Part shown: positions 29,901-41,330 of the stretch, in pieces
Layout of the letters: each line of letters opens with the position of its first letter
Numbering within the stretch: the first letter of the stretch is position 1
DNA from: Eledone cirrhosa
Taxonomy: Eukaryota
NCBI GenBank assembly: GCA_964016885.1
Contig: OZ024740.1
Location: 122,574,001-122,638,000, forward strand
Reading direction: 5' to 3'
Length of the DNA: 64,000 bases
Program-made: the position numbers and the translations under genes
Notes under the pieces: generated by a model
Told to the model about the DNA's origin: nothing
Seen by the model: only the letters and a program-made list of their open reading frames with translations
The model's database searches: none

Positions 29901-31900
29901 TATATCTATTATATCCCTTTGCTAATTCATCTTCTTTCCTACTTCCTCCAATATCTGTATGGTTTGGTATCAAAATCAATGTTATTTGTTTATTATTCTT
30001 TGAGAGTTAGTTCTCTATTCTTAGCAGAAAACTCTCAATATCTCTAACCTAAGGCCATTTTCTTGATTGAAAGAGTTCTAGGTTCATTAAACTATCAGTA
30101 AATAGAAAGCCTTTTTCCCATGGCATTTCTTTGACTTAATTTATGGATAATATAATTCCCCACCCATCTGTGTCAAATATTATGAAACCCTGATGTAATT
30201 CAAAGCTAATATCTCTATTATTATTTTTGAAAGACCACGTAGCTCCACCCTCTACTCTCTTGTTTGCATGTGCCTCATCTACGTAGCTGAGCCATTATCT
30301 GTCTAAAATGTGCCTATGGTCAATAACATTCCCTTTAACTTGACCAACTGACAATAAATTTGATGCAGGTGTGCAGTATAACTATGAAACAGTGAGATAA
30401 ACAAAAATAATGTCGTTCTTTCTATTTTTTTTTTTACCTCATGCCTACATATATGTAAATGTATTTAATTGACATTTTGAAGCATAAGCCAGGGTAAAGT
30501 TATAGAGAACTACAATTGTGGAGAGACATTAGACAAATTATTTAAGAATATAAGTGATAACAAAGGAAGTAGATGATGCATCACATTGAATTAGGTGGTG
30601 ATTGAATTGGGAGGCAAAGTAACTTGAAGTATCAGTGGAAGACAAAGAGGAAGGAATAGTTAGCTCAGTCATTTTCTTGTGAATGCAAAGTATTGATTTG
30701 TGAATTTGGTTGTTGTTGCTTATTTCCAGTTCATCCTTAATTGAGAAAACCTGTTATCAAACTGTCTATGACATGGTCAACCTGTCATTCTTCAGTAGGG
30801 TATGCCTTGAGAAAGATTTTGCTGTTACTTCTAGGAGGTTGAAACTATGTAGAGGTCTCCTAACTGCAACCACGTGTATTATATGTGCTGTGTTTGCTTT
30901 GGAATACAAATGGGAGAAGGCATATATCATTGACCTAATATTTATTCAGAGTAACTGCAACAAACATGCTTTACAATTGATTCCATAAAATCAGATCAAA
31001 ACACAGCTACACTCTTAGCATAATACCTTCCTTTATCTCTCACTCAGCATTACAAAATGTTTTGTTGAAAGTATAGTACTATTTAAATAGAAAGTAGAAC
31101 ATTTTAAAAAACTTAGTAATTGTCTACAGATAATGCAATAAAGAGATTATCAGAAAGACAAATGTCTTGATTTGGTAGAGAAAAAATTAGTTACTATTTA
31201 AATCACATGTATTTGTTCTGATTCCTTCCTACTTAACATATATTACTTCTATAATGAGAAGGACATTAAAAACGTTCTTTGATATTTGCATAAAAATCTG
31301 GTCTCTTTGAAAAGCTCTATAACACAGTTGATATGCATATGAAGGAAACCATCTTACAACACTTCACTATCTCTACTGGTGAAGAAACTCACAACTAAAA
31401 TGTCTATCTATTTCTGCTGATCTTTTGCTAACAACATAGTTAAAAAATACAATCCAAAATTTAGTATTTTCTATTTATTGTTTGAAGGAACAACTGCTAA
31501 CCTTGTGCAATACACAAATGCACTTTAAACTAGAAACCCATTAACATATTTAGGATAGATAAGACTTCTATATGTTTCTGTATCCCAAAGCATCAATACT
31601 TCTAGGAGAAGATGGCATTGGAGGATACACCAAGTTACATTTCAAAACAAGTCCTATCAGGTGTGCAGTAACCCTGATGGCCTGTCACTGATGGATGACT
31701 AAGTGCTAGTAGATATCACTTTACATTTATCAAAGCAAATTTTGATTAGTTTTATGAGGTTATAAGGATGTTACATTGCATCATATATAGATCAGTACAT
31801 AACATATGTTATAGCACAGTGCTGCTATTACAGGGCATATTCAAAATTGGTTGAAATTACCAAAATAGCACATGCATAATACATTTTCACAGTAACAAAT

Positions 31901-32090
31901 ATCATCATCATCATCGTCGTTTAATGTCTATCTTCCATGCTAACATGGGTTTAGACGGGAATTGTCCAAAGTGAGGCAAGATTGGTTATCTTCCAATTAT
32001 AGGACTGTCTGGCGGGTTTTCTACGGCTGGATGCCCTTCCTAACACCCACCACGTTTACAGTGTGGACGTGGAGGTTTTTTCCGTGTTAC
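31901..32090 (-). mobile_element. SINE 3' part with (ATG)n tail
   Basis: CATCATCATC..TTCCATGCTAACATGGG..CTACGGCTGGATGCCCTTCCTAAC shared with the SINE at 1296. Confidence 0.7.
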
Positions 32091-32431
32091 CTACATGGCC
32101 ACATTACAGCGTGGACTGTGTGTTTTTTTGTTGTGACACCTAAACGACCTCATTTATTTAGGACTGGATGTTGTGGCACTAACATAACTTTAGGTGTAGA
32201 TGGGGTGGGGGTAAGGGTGTTGGGGTGCGGGTATATTTTTGGTTAGGAAGAGCGTACTGAGTGTAGTTTCGCTTTGTACGCTCTGATATTACTGTGTAGC
32301 GCCACAGATCGCGGTCCAGTGACATTGTCTTGGAGAGGTGTAAGTGTGTAAGTTCGGAATTTATCAAATCGTCCCAGGTTTTTCAGGGTCTACCTACTCC
32401 TAGGTTTACCTACTTTTCTGGGTCTACCTAC

Positions 32432-32479
<48 letters not shown>

Positions 32480-32572
32480 AGTGATGATAATGCTGATGAT
32501 GTCATATATATATATATGTACATACATACTTATATACATACATACACACACATACACACATTTATATATATA

Positions 32573-32635
<63 letters not shown>

Positions 32636-33057
32636 CGTTCTGCAAAGTGGCCGATGATAGGAAGGGCACTAAGCCATATAATAACTGTTAAGTAGTGTAC
32701 TCCATAAAGTGCAGGAATATATGTAGGAAGCATGCAAGGCCCCAACTCATCAGAGAGTTATGTGACTGATTAAATATTGACATGATTTTTGGTGACCAAG
32801 CCATGTTATCTTGTGAAATGGAAGTTGGATGATGATGATGCGGATAATAAAATAATGATAAAGTACATAGCATAAATGGTTAAGGTTAATTTTAACAAAC
32901 TTAGAATATGATAGAAAAATGTATCAGGACCACCTACGGAATTGAACCTCTTATTTGTTTTTTGGCATACACACACACAAACACATACACCCAAACATAC
33001 ATATACACACATACAAACACACACACAAACACAACCATATACACACACTTATACATA

Positions 33058-33119
<62 letters not shown>

Positions 33120-33192
33120 CATATATATATACCATATATATATATATATATAGGAGGAAGTTATAGTTCACTTGAAGCATTGTGTAATGAGC

Positions 33193-33569
33193 TATAAACG
33201 TTTGAATTTGTAAAGCCAAAACAATGCAGGTATGGACAGAGAATAAAAAATGCAAATGCAAAAGATTTTGTTGACAATTAGTCTTTTAACTTAGATTTAT
33301 TTAAATGTCCTTAATTTTCGAGATAATATCTCTTCGGAGGGAAGATAAGCGGTTAAATCAGTTTTCTAAATAGCTTGCCAGGACTTGGCAAGGTATTTAG
33401 AAAACTGGTTTAACCGCTTTACTTCCCTCCGAAGAAGAGATATTATCTCGAAAATTAAGAACATTTAAATAAATCTAAGTTAAAAGACTAATTGTCAACA
33501 ATATCTTTTGCATTTGCATTTTTTATTCTCTGTCCATACCTGCATTGTTTTGGCTTTACAAATTCAAAC

Positions 33570-33576
<7 letters not shown>
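33193..33576. mobile_element. Fold-back element 4: near-perfect 384-bp palindrome next to (TA)n
   Basis: 33193-33380 pairs with 33386-33576 around a 5-nt loop (GGACT). The right end runs into (TA)n and the left end is about 40 bp from a TA tract. Confidence 0.85.
33426..33460 (+). ncRNA. Minimal hammerhead, CCGAAGA core variant
   Basis: CCT-CCGAAGA-AGAGA-TATTA-TCTC-GAAA-AT-TA-AG(A/G); the mirror arm gives AGG to pair with CCT, and AATAAA lies downstream. Confidence 0.55.
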
Positions 33577-33642
<66 letters not shown>

Positions 33643-33686
33643 CAAGAACACGAAAAATCAGTGATGCATCTATACTTAGTTTATTT

Positions 33687-33768
33687 CGTGTTACAAATGT
33701 TTCGCCGGCATGTAGCTCGAGTCATGGTCCTTGTATGAATTCTACTTCGGCGGGTTCTTTCAGACACG
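33687..33768 (-). ncRNA. Hammerhead-like motif
   Basis: Minus strand CGTGT-CTGAAAGA-ACCC-GCCG..CGGC-GAAA-CATTTG-TA-ACACG-AAATAAA: 5-bp stem I, 4-bp stem II base, extra bases in the core. Confidence 0.55.
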
Positions 33769-34430
33769 GGTGTTATGTCCGGAGCAAATTTTATCACTGG
33801 GGTGTTGTCATCAAAACAACACCCTAAAAAACCCTCTATCCACTCTTGTCATGCCATTGGCTGTTTTTACGCCACGTCATCACAAGTTCTGGTCAGTATC
33901 TACTGCCTCACGGTTCATCAACCACTTTCCGTCCGACACATTTCAATGGAGTCATGCTGGGTTCAGTACTTCACACGTCTGCTCCACTTCTGGGTAAGCA
34001 CCCACACATACTAGAATAAACACATAATAACACACACATACCTATATATGCATTCACACTCGTACGTCTACATGCGCAGACACCCACACGGTCACATACA
34101 TACATCGCAGTATGTATACTCACACACCCTCTCTCCCTCACTCCCATAGACCCAGTCACACAAATGTGTTGATACATGCCGCCACGAGCCTTCTTACTGT
34201 TCTGTATCAATTGGGTAAGCATGTCCTATTCAAACGTACACATATATACATACACATGCGCGCACACACACATACGGCCGACCTTATATACATTTAAGTA
34301 TATATATATATATATATATATATACACGCTCATACATACGCATATATACATACACACATACATTCACATACATACATATATACACGCACCTGCGTATACA
34401 TACATATGTAAACACACTTAGGATTTTTTA

Positions 34431-34481
34431 TTCTGATGAATGAAAGCAAATATCGTTTGCTTTCAAGAAACCACTGGTAAA
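34431..34481 (+). ncRNA. Minimal type I hammerhead
   Basis: CTGATGA-A-TGAAAGCAAA-TATCG-TTTGCTTTCA-A-GAAA-CCACTGG-TA: perfect 10-bp stem II, weak stem I. Confidence 0.65.
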
Positions 34482-35132
34482 CGAAATAATTATCTTATGT
34501 TGTTCATTAGATAACTATATGTATATATATACATATATATATATACACACACACACATACATACACACACATATATACACAAACGTAAACTCACACATGT
34601 CCGCACCCACATACGAACACATACGTACATAAACATTGCCTACACACGTACACACCCACACACATATATATATCTCCCGCACGCTGGTCAAGCTGGTATG
34701 AATTTTTTCTCTCTCTCGTCTACGATTTCACAGAACTTATGTTTACCGAATTCGCAGACCAGACCCCTTCTTCCTCCCGTTAGACCTGTGCGAAATTCCT
34801 TCCTTGCTCACATTTCAACCAGGTTTGATGGTCTTTATTCTTTCGTTCACGATGTCACCGAATTTAAATTCATAGAAATCTGGGACTTGTCTCTTTCTTC
34901 CTCACTTTCTGTTGCTTCACCATTTTGTTTGTTTACCCTCGCGTCCACTTTATTTACGTGTCCCAACGACTTTTTTTAGCCGTTGCTCGCACCACCCGGA
35001 GGTATATGGTCTTTAAAGCGATGAAATGCCTATGATCGTTGGAAGATCACTGATGAAGGACAAACTTGTTTCATATGTAACCCATTTGCAACTCCGCAGC
35101 GCCCTTATTATCATATATATATATATATATTG

Positions 35133-35802
35133 TTATACTTTGGGAGGGTCATGTTGCCAATAGGGAACACACGCACTAAGTGCTTTCTCTTCAATTTATT
35201 ATAAATTAAATTTATAAATTTAGGAATTTATAAATTTCCGGTTGGTTGGTTGGTTCCACAACCAGACGATTGTTCGTATATTTTCAAAGTTCTTTCGGCA
35301 CACATTATGTGACATCTTCAGTGACTGGGGTTTCTTTTCTTTGTTTTTGTGCCTCTCCTTTGTTCTGTCCTACGCCATCTTATGTTTGTGTGTATATATT
35401 CACATACACACACATATATATATATATCCCCCTATTATACACACATACACACGCACACACACGCACCTACGTATATACACACACACATACACAGACGCAC
35501 ACACAAACAAGATGGCGTAGGACAGAACAAAGGAGAGGCACAAAAATAAAGAAAAGAATCCCCAGTCACTGAAGACGTCACAGAGTGTGTGACGAAAGAA
35601 CTTTGACAATATATGAACAATCGTCTTGTTGTGGAACCAACCAACCAACCGGAAATTTATAAATTTAATTTATAATAAATTGAAGTGAAAGCAACTGGTG
35701 CGTGTGTTTCTTATTGGCAACATGACCCTCCAAGAGTATAAAAATATCGGTTTCAACACACGTTTCCAGATAAATAATCTTGCTAAACAAATTCAGAAAC
35801 GA
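35133..35802 (+). mobile_element. Fold-back element 5: inverted pseudo-LTR pair with tail, between (TA)n tracts
   Basis: 35133-35393 pairs with 35499-35741 around a CA/TA-rich spacer; a 60-bp tail follows, then (TA)n. Confidence 0.85.
35565..35607 (+). ncRNA. Minimal type I hammerhead
   Basis: GTCA-CTGAAGA-C-GTCAC-AGAGTGT-GTGAC-GAAA-GAAC-TT-TGAC; mirrored at about 35284-35325. Confidence 0.75.
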
Positions 35803-35819
35803 TATATATATATGTATTT

Positions 35820-35885
<66 letters not shown>

Positions 35886-36031
35886 ATGTTCTAACCACTA
35901 AGCCATGTGCCTCCATATATATATATATATATATATATAATGGAAACATTTGAACAGGGACAAAACAGAGAGGCAGTACAACGATTGTTTATTAATTTGA
36001 CGCTCTGGGGAGTGCGGTGTTGGTGGGGGGG

Positions 36032-36059
36032 GACGTTTCGGGCATAAGCCCTTCCTCAG
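36032..36059 (-). ncRNA. Minimal Penelope-type hammerhead core
   Basis: Minus strand CTGAGGA-AGGGC-TTAT-GCCC-GAAA-CG-TC with AATAAA downstream; stem I is not paired in this copy. Confidence 0.7.
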
Positions 36060-36268
36060 GTGAGAAGTGTGTGGGAACAGAGTTCAAAGGGTGTGTAGGG
36101 GAGTGGTGGAGAGACATATAACGAAAGGAAACGGTGCGAATGAAAAAATAAAAAAATAAAGATAAAAATAAAGCATGATCAAATTACAAGGAATGAAATA
36201 AATTTAAATATATATATATATATTAGAATTGGAGCTCTGAAATAGCAATATATATATGGATGTATATA

Positions 36269-36619
36269 TAATGTATTTTGCAATACACTTTATGCTTAAT
36301 TAAAAGCATTTTGAAGACCGTAAGCTATTGTGTTAAAGTAGTAACAAATTCACTCACTTTGATCTCAGCAAACAGGGGAGATAAGCCGACAAGACTTGTT
36401 TCGCCTTGGTTTAAGCTTATCAAGGCCAACTACCCCACCATCTCAGCAAACAGGTGGGGTAGTTGGCCTTGATAAGCTTCAACCAAAGCGAAACAAGTCT
36501 TGTCGGCTTATCTCCCCTGTTTGGTGAGATCAAAGTGAGTGAATTTGTCACTACTTTAAAACAAAAGCTTACGGTCTTCAAAATGCTTTTAATTAAGCAT
36601 AAAGTGTATTGCAAAATAC

Positions 36620-36623
<4 letters not shown>
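36269..36623. mobile_element. Fold-back element 6 in (TA)n
   Basis: 36269-36439 pairs with 36453-36623 around a 13-nt loop; TA repeats on both sides. Confidence 0.85.
36466..36507 (+). ncRNA. Type I hammerhead with U3-A8 compensatory core
   Basis: GCC-TTGATAA-GCTT-CAACCA-AAGC-GAAA-CAAG-T-CTTG-TC-GGC. The same core is present in the mirror arm, and stem I can extend via ATCTCAGCAAACAGG/CCTGTTTGGTGAGAT. Confidence 0.75.
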
Positions 36624-36690
<67 letters not shown>

Positions 36691-36693
<3 letters not shown>

Positions 36694-36975
36694 AAGGTTG
36701 TGAGTTCAATTCTCAGACCAAGTGATGTGTTGTTTCCTTGAGTAAGACACTTTATTTAACATTGCGCCAGATTACTCAGCTGTAGAACTAAGATGCTAGG
36801 TAGGGGTCCCTAGCATTCCACTGCAAAGTGGTTGTGTAGGTGCCACAGCAAAAAAGCAACCAGTACTCACTGTAAATGAGGTTGGTGTTACGAAGGGCAT
36901 CCAGCTGTAGAAATCAAGCCAGAATCAGTTCCCTTGCAAGCAGGGAAAAGCGGATGTAAAATGATGATGATTATG
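36691..36975 (+). mobile_element. tRNA-derived SINE lacking its A-box head
   Basis: Collinear with the SINE at 1296-1613 from CGAAAGGTTGTGAGTTCAATTC to ATGATGATG. Confidence 0.85.
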
Positions 36976-39319
36976 ATATATATATATAAAACATCACTTT
37001 TCTTTCCCCCATAGATATGCATACGAAGTAACACTGAACTTAATATGAAATAAACAGTTAAAGTGTGTAGTATTCTGTATCTCTAAAAATCTGCAAAGTG
37101 CTGACATTATTGAGGTTTCTCTCTTAATGTTTGAGATCAGAGTATATTTTACCTACTTTCAATTTATAGACAAAAAAACTCTTCAGAGACGTGAAGCCAA
37201 TATGTACTACATATGAGTGTAACTATACTGGTTGTTTGTTATTGAGACTAGATTTCATTCTACCTCTATACCTCCTTCGTCACCCTTTTGGATATTTTGA
37301 AAATGTTTTCAAAGACTTGTATTCATTTTCCTTATTTTTCTTATCAATAGTGATGATAGAGGTGGGGGAAGTCAGAGATTGGCATTGATGTATGGTTAAA
37401 TGTACAGTGGGAAACACAGTGTGATTAGACTACATGCTGGGCGTTGGCAGGGCAGTAAATAGGCACTTGGAGAAATAGTATAGATATCTGGGACAAAGAT
37501 TGGATAGCAGCAGGTTGACTGAACCATATGTGGTAATAGTAATGATGTTCATCAGCAGAGATGACCTTATAGAGATAAGATAGAGCTATAGTTCAATGAG
37601 GTGGCGGATGATTCAGTTAAACAGAGATAGCTGGGTGGTGATACAAGGGCTATAGTGATAATGATAATAAAGGTAAAGGTGGAAGGGTCAAGTATGATGA
37701 GCGAAAGTACCATAATGTTGTATGTTGGTATAACACAGGGAATCAATAGAGGGTAAATGAGGAGATTTATAGTAGATGGAGCAATAGTTTCAGCTACTTA
37801 AGAGCTCACTTCAAGATTTCATGCTATGTCTTCCTAACTCATATGTTCCATCAACATCAAGGGCTAAATACTTCTTTATACAAATATCATCCTTCAAATA
37901 TATACCAGGGCAGCTTTCTCTCCTTTAAGCTACATCTGGCCTCACTTATATCTAATATCTTCTCAACTGATCTATACTCCAAGGTAAAAGTAGTATGCAT
38001 GGTGTGTCAATAAAATATGAACAATGAAAACAGATCTTGGAAATTGAGTGAATAGTCTGTGCTAGTAACTTTTGACCCTTCAGTAGAAGGTTGTATTCTA
38101 ATATTTACTAATTACTAAAATTCTATGTGTATAAATTAAAGGAAAATTATGTGGAATTGATTTAGACCTCAGAAAGGTAAGTATCACCAATGAAATGAAT
38201 TAGAATCAATATTCATGGAAATAGGTGTGTGGTGAGGATCCAAGCAGTCCATTACTTTGGCACAAGAAGCTTTAGACAAATGATGATTGGAAGTTAAATA
38301 TTGAAACATATATTACAGGATATCCATGTTAAGGAACTTAAGTGGGGAAAACGTTGGTAGCAGTATGTCATGCTGACAGAAAATGAAGTAAATGTATTTA
38401 ATCTGTTGTCAATAATTACTGGTGGGTAAAATCATAGAAATTAGTAACTGGATGTATAAACAGAAATGGAGGGTGAAGAGAAGGGAGAGGTAGATGGACA
38501 GAAATAAAATGAAATGTGTAAGAAGATAACTATCAAAACACAGGGCTCGTAAACAAATGTCATTGCTCATGGCAAATAAAGGGGCTTTAACTATCTCTAT
38601 TCATTCAAGACTGTGGCTAATGAGGAAATAAAGTGATAAAGTGAAATGATCTAAATATGGAACTCTGCAATGGAATTGTGACAATAGAATGAAGCTGAAA
38701 TTAGAGGCAACAGCATGAATTAATTCGACCATTACAAAATAGAATATAGATAAAGTAATGGCACACAAGTTGAAGATATGTCTGATGGTGTAAGTGCTTA
38801 GGGCTATGGCCAACATGGATAAAGTGCACTAATAAGTATTGGTCAATTAGATTTCATGAAAAGACTGTTGCAGATAAGGTAAAGTAACATGGATGAAGTG
38901 TAGTTGAAATTTGTTAAAAACAGGATCAATTAATGTTAGCGATATTTTTGGATTAAAAATAAAGAGAAGCAGTAATAAAAGAAATTGATTTTATATGTTA
39001 AAGGATATCAGACTAATATGGAGAGACGATTTAGTTACCACAGAATGTATATTAATATTCTGATTGGAATTGGTGATGCTATCAACGTGATGATTTCAGA
39101 AAACCTTTTCAGACTGAAGCTCAGTTTTCTTTTTATTATTATTACAATTTTAATCATCACATTGTTAACATCATTACCATTATTCATATATATAACAATT
39201 ACTACCAACACTACCACTATGACTACGATAACATAGACCAACATTATTACCACCATTATCACAACTGATACCTCTATTATTATAGTGATCCTTAAAATCA
39301 TTACCTTTAATGAAGAATG

Positions 39320-39580
39320 GATAAGGCGAGAGTACAGTCGGATATGACCGGAATCAGATTGAGTGTGTAAGAAAGAAGACTGTGCAGGTATAGACATGTG
39401 ATGCATATAGATTATAGATGATTAACATTGGATGAAGAACTGCCAAGAGTTACCGGGAAAGAGAATCTGCAGTAGAGGACCAAAGAAGGCCTAGGCATGT
39501 GGTGGGAGCTGATCTCAAATAGTTGAACCTCACAGATCTGGCAAAGGAATGTAATGAGTGGAGCATGGCTGTGCTAGAAA
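39320..39580 (+). mobile_element. RTE LINE 3' relic
   Basis: KRRLCRYRHVMH..WMKNCQEL..RGPKKA..DLK*LNL resembles the RTE C-terminus RRLRWYGHV..GRPKK.W. Confidence 0.55.
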
Positions 39581-41039
39581 AAACCAATGTAACCCTAAGG
39601 AGCATATATCTTATCCTTATCTATAGCCCTTCACACCAACAATCGCTGTTACTCATCAATGTCTATAGGACATTATTTTTAATTTCAGTGTCTCTTGACA
39701 TTGTATCCTTGTATCTGAGCTTCCTGGTAGAGGAAATCTCCCACAACAATACATCTGAAACGATCTCAGCATTTGCACCGAATCACTGACCAGCAGACCT
39801 TGTATGATATTCAATCAGTCATGCACTTACCGTTTTGATATTTCTGTATATCTGATTAAGCTTAGGATTGCTTTGCCAAGGAATATTTTGAGCTTTATCA
39901 GAAGGGTACACTGAACCTATCTGGTTGCACTGATGAAATGTGCTTTCTTTCAAATCCTTACAATATTGATGTTGTTTGTGTCCATGACCATAAACCTTAT
40001 CACCCAGATATTGAAAAATAAGCATGGAAAAACAGATAAAAAATTGTGTTAATGCTGGTAATGATGAGTCTCCACTAACATCTATGTCACCAACTCATAT
40101 AAATTTATAATGCTGACTTAATTTAAATGTGTTTATTATATTGCAGCTTCTATAATATCAACAATGCTTTGACATCAAGATGGCTATTGCTGTTTGCAAC
40201 TTGTTGTAGTCAAGTATGCCCATGAGAGCTGGAGGGACTGAAGCAATTTATAATTACTTGAAAGGCTACCTCACAAGTTAAAACACAATTGTATATTAAG
40301 TGTAATTGTAATTGTTATATTGCATCAGTTTTCGCCACCACCACCATTATCATCATCATTATCATATATTGTTTTAAGCTAACATAGGTTCAATGAAATT
40401 ATCACAGCATACCATCCTCAGATCTAAACTCTATTTCTCCCCATATCTTCCTTAAGATATTCATTTAGTTTGTTTTGTTTATATTTTTAATTCTGACTTG
40501 AGCAGACATGTTCTGAATGATTGTAAGTTAATATATACTTGAAGGTATTCTCCAAATGAAATTTATCATATTGTTTCCCTTTTTGTATATAATAAATACA
40601 CCATATCTATAAATGACATATGAGGCAATCAAACAGGTTGGCACCAGAAAATTCACCCAGCTGTAAATCATTGCCTAAAAAAAGGGTGCTTGTAATGGGG
40701 TTTGCAAGATTAAGAATAATGCAAGAAAAGGAAATAGCTTTAAAATCATTTAGATTTATGAGTTATAATAAACTTTAAAATGTAAAGATTATTAAAACTG
40801 CTATATTATGTTCCAACAAGTTTATTTTCATGTATATCTTTCCTTGCTACAAGTATATTGTACAATATGTTTTTAGATGTGTATCTTTGTTTAAGCTAAA
40901 CAACGACATAAAACATAACCAATCCAAGAAGTCATTTGTAACCCAAATAAGCCACACTTCAGCCTTCTGAAATCATACTAAATCAATCATATTCTGGAAT
41001 TGGTGATGCAGATCATTGTGGTGCCATGCAAGAGACTTT

Positions 41040-41330
41040 CATAGGCAGCTTTTGCCACTGGTTTCTATTCTCTGTCATGCATAAAATAGTCTTGATATTT
41101 TGACAAGTTCAATCTTAGATGTTGTTGGACCAGGAATTTCTTTGTCTGCCTTAATTTTCCCTACCTCAAATGTGCCCTGGAGGCTGGATTTAGACAAGGA
41201 ATTGTGGCAGGATACAGGACCATACCAGGCAAACTCCCGTCTTATTACACACATCATAATGCAGATGTTATTGTTTATTCCCAAGACATCTCTGATTAAT
41301 CAGATATATGATGAAAAGCATTCCAGGCAT
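41040..41330 (-). mobile_element. RTE LINE 3' relic
   Basis: RREFAWYGPVSCHNSLSKSSLQGTFEVG resembles LxWYGHVxRxxxLxKxILQG. Confidence 0.6.

Noticed and set aside
32636-32966. CTGATGAG on the minus strand in a block between TA tracts
   Set aside because: No downstream GAAA closing a stem II. Probably a decayed Penelope end, but not callable as a ribozyme.
35049-35080. CTGATGAAGGACAAACTTGTTTCATATGTA
   Set aside because: It looks like a hammerhead that has lost GAAA; counted only as a partial relic.
38200-39020. Purine-rich stretch with faint LINE RT resemblance on the minus strand
   Set aside because: Too degenerate to assign motifs reliably.
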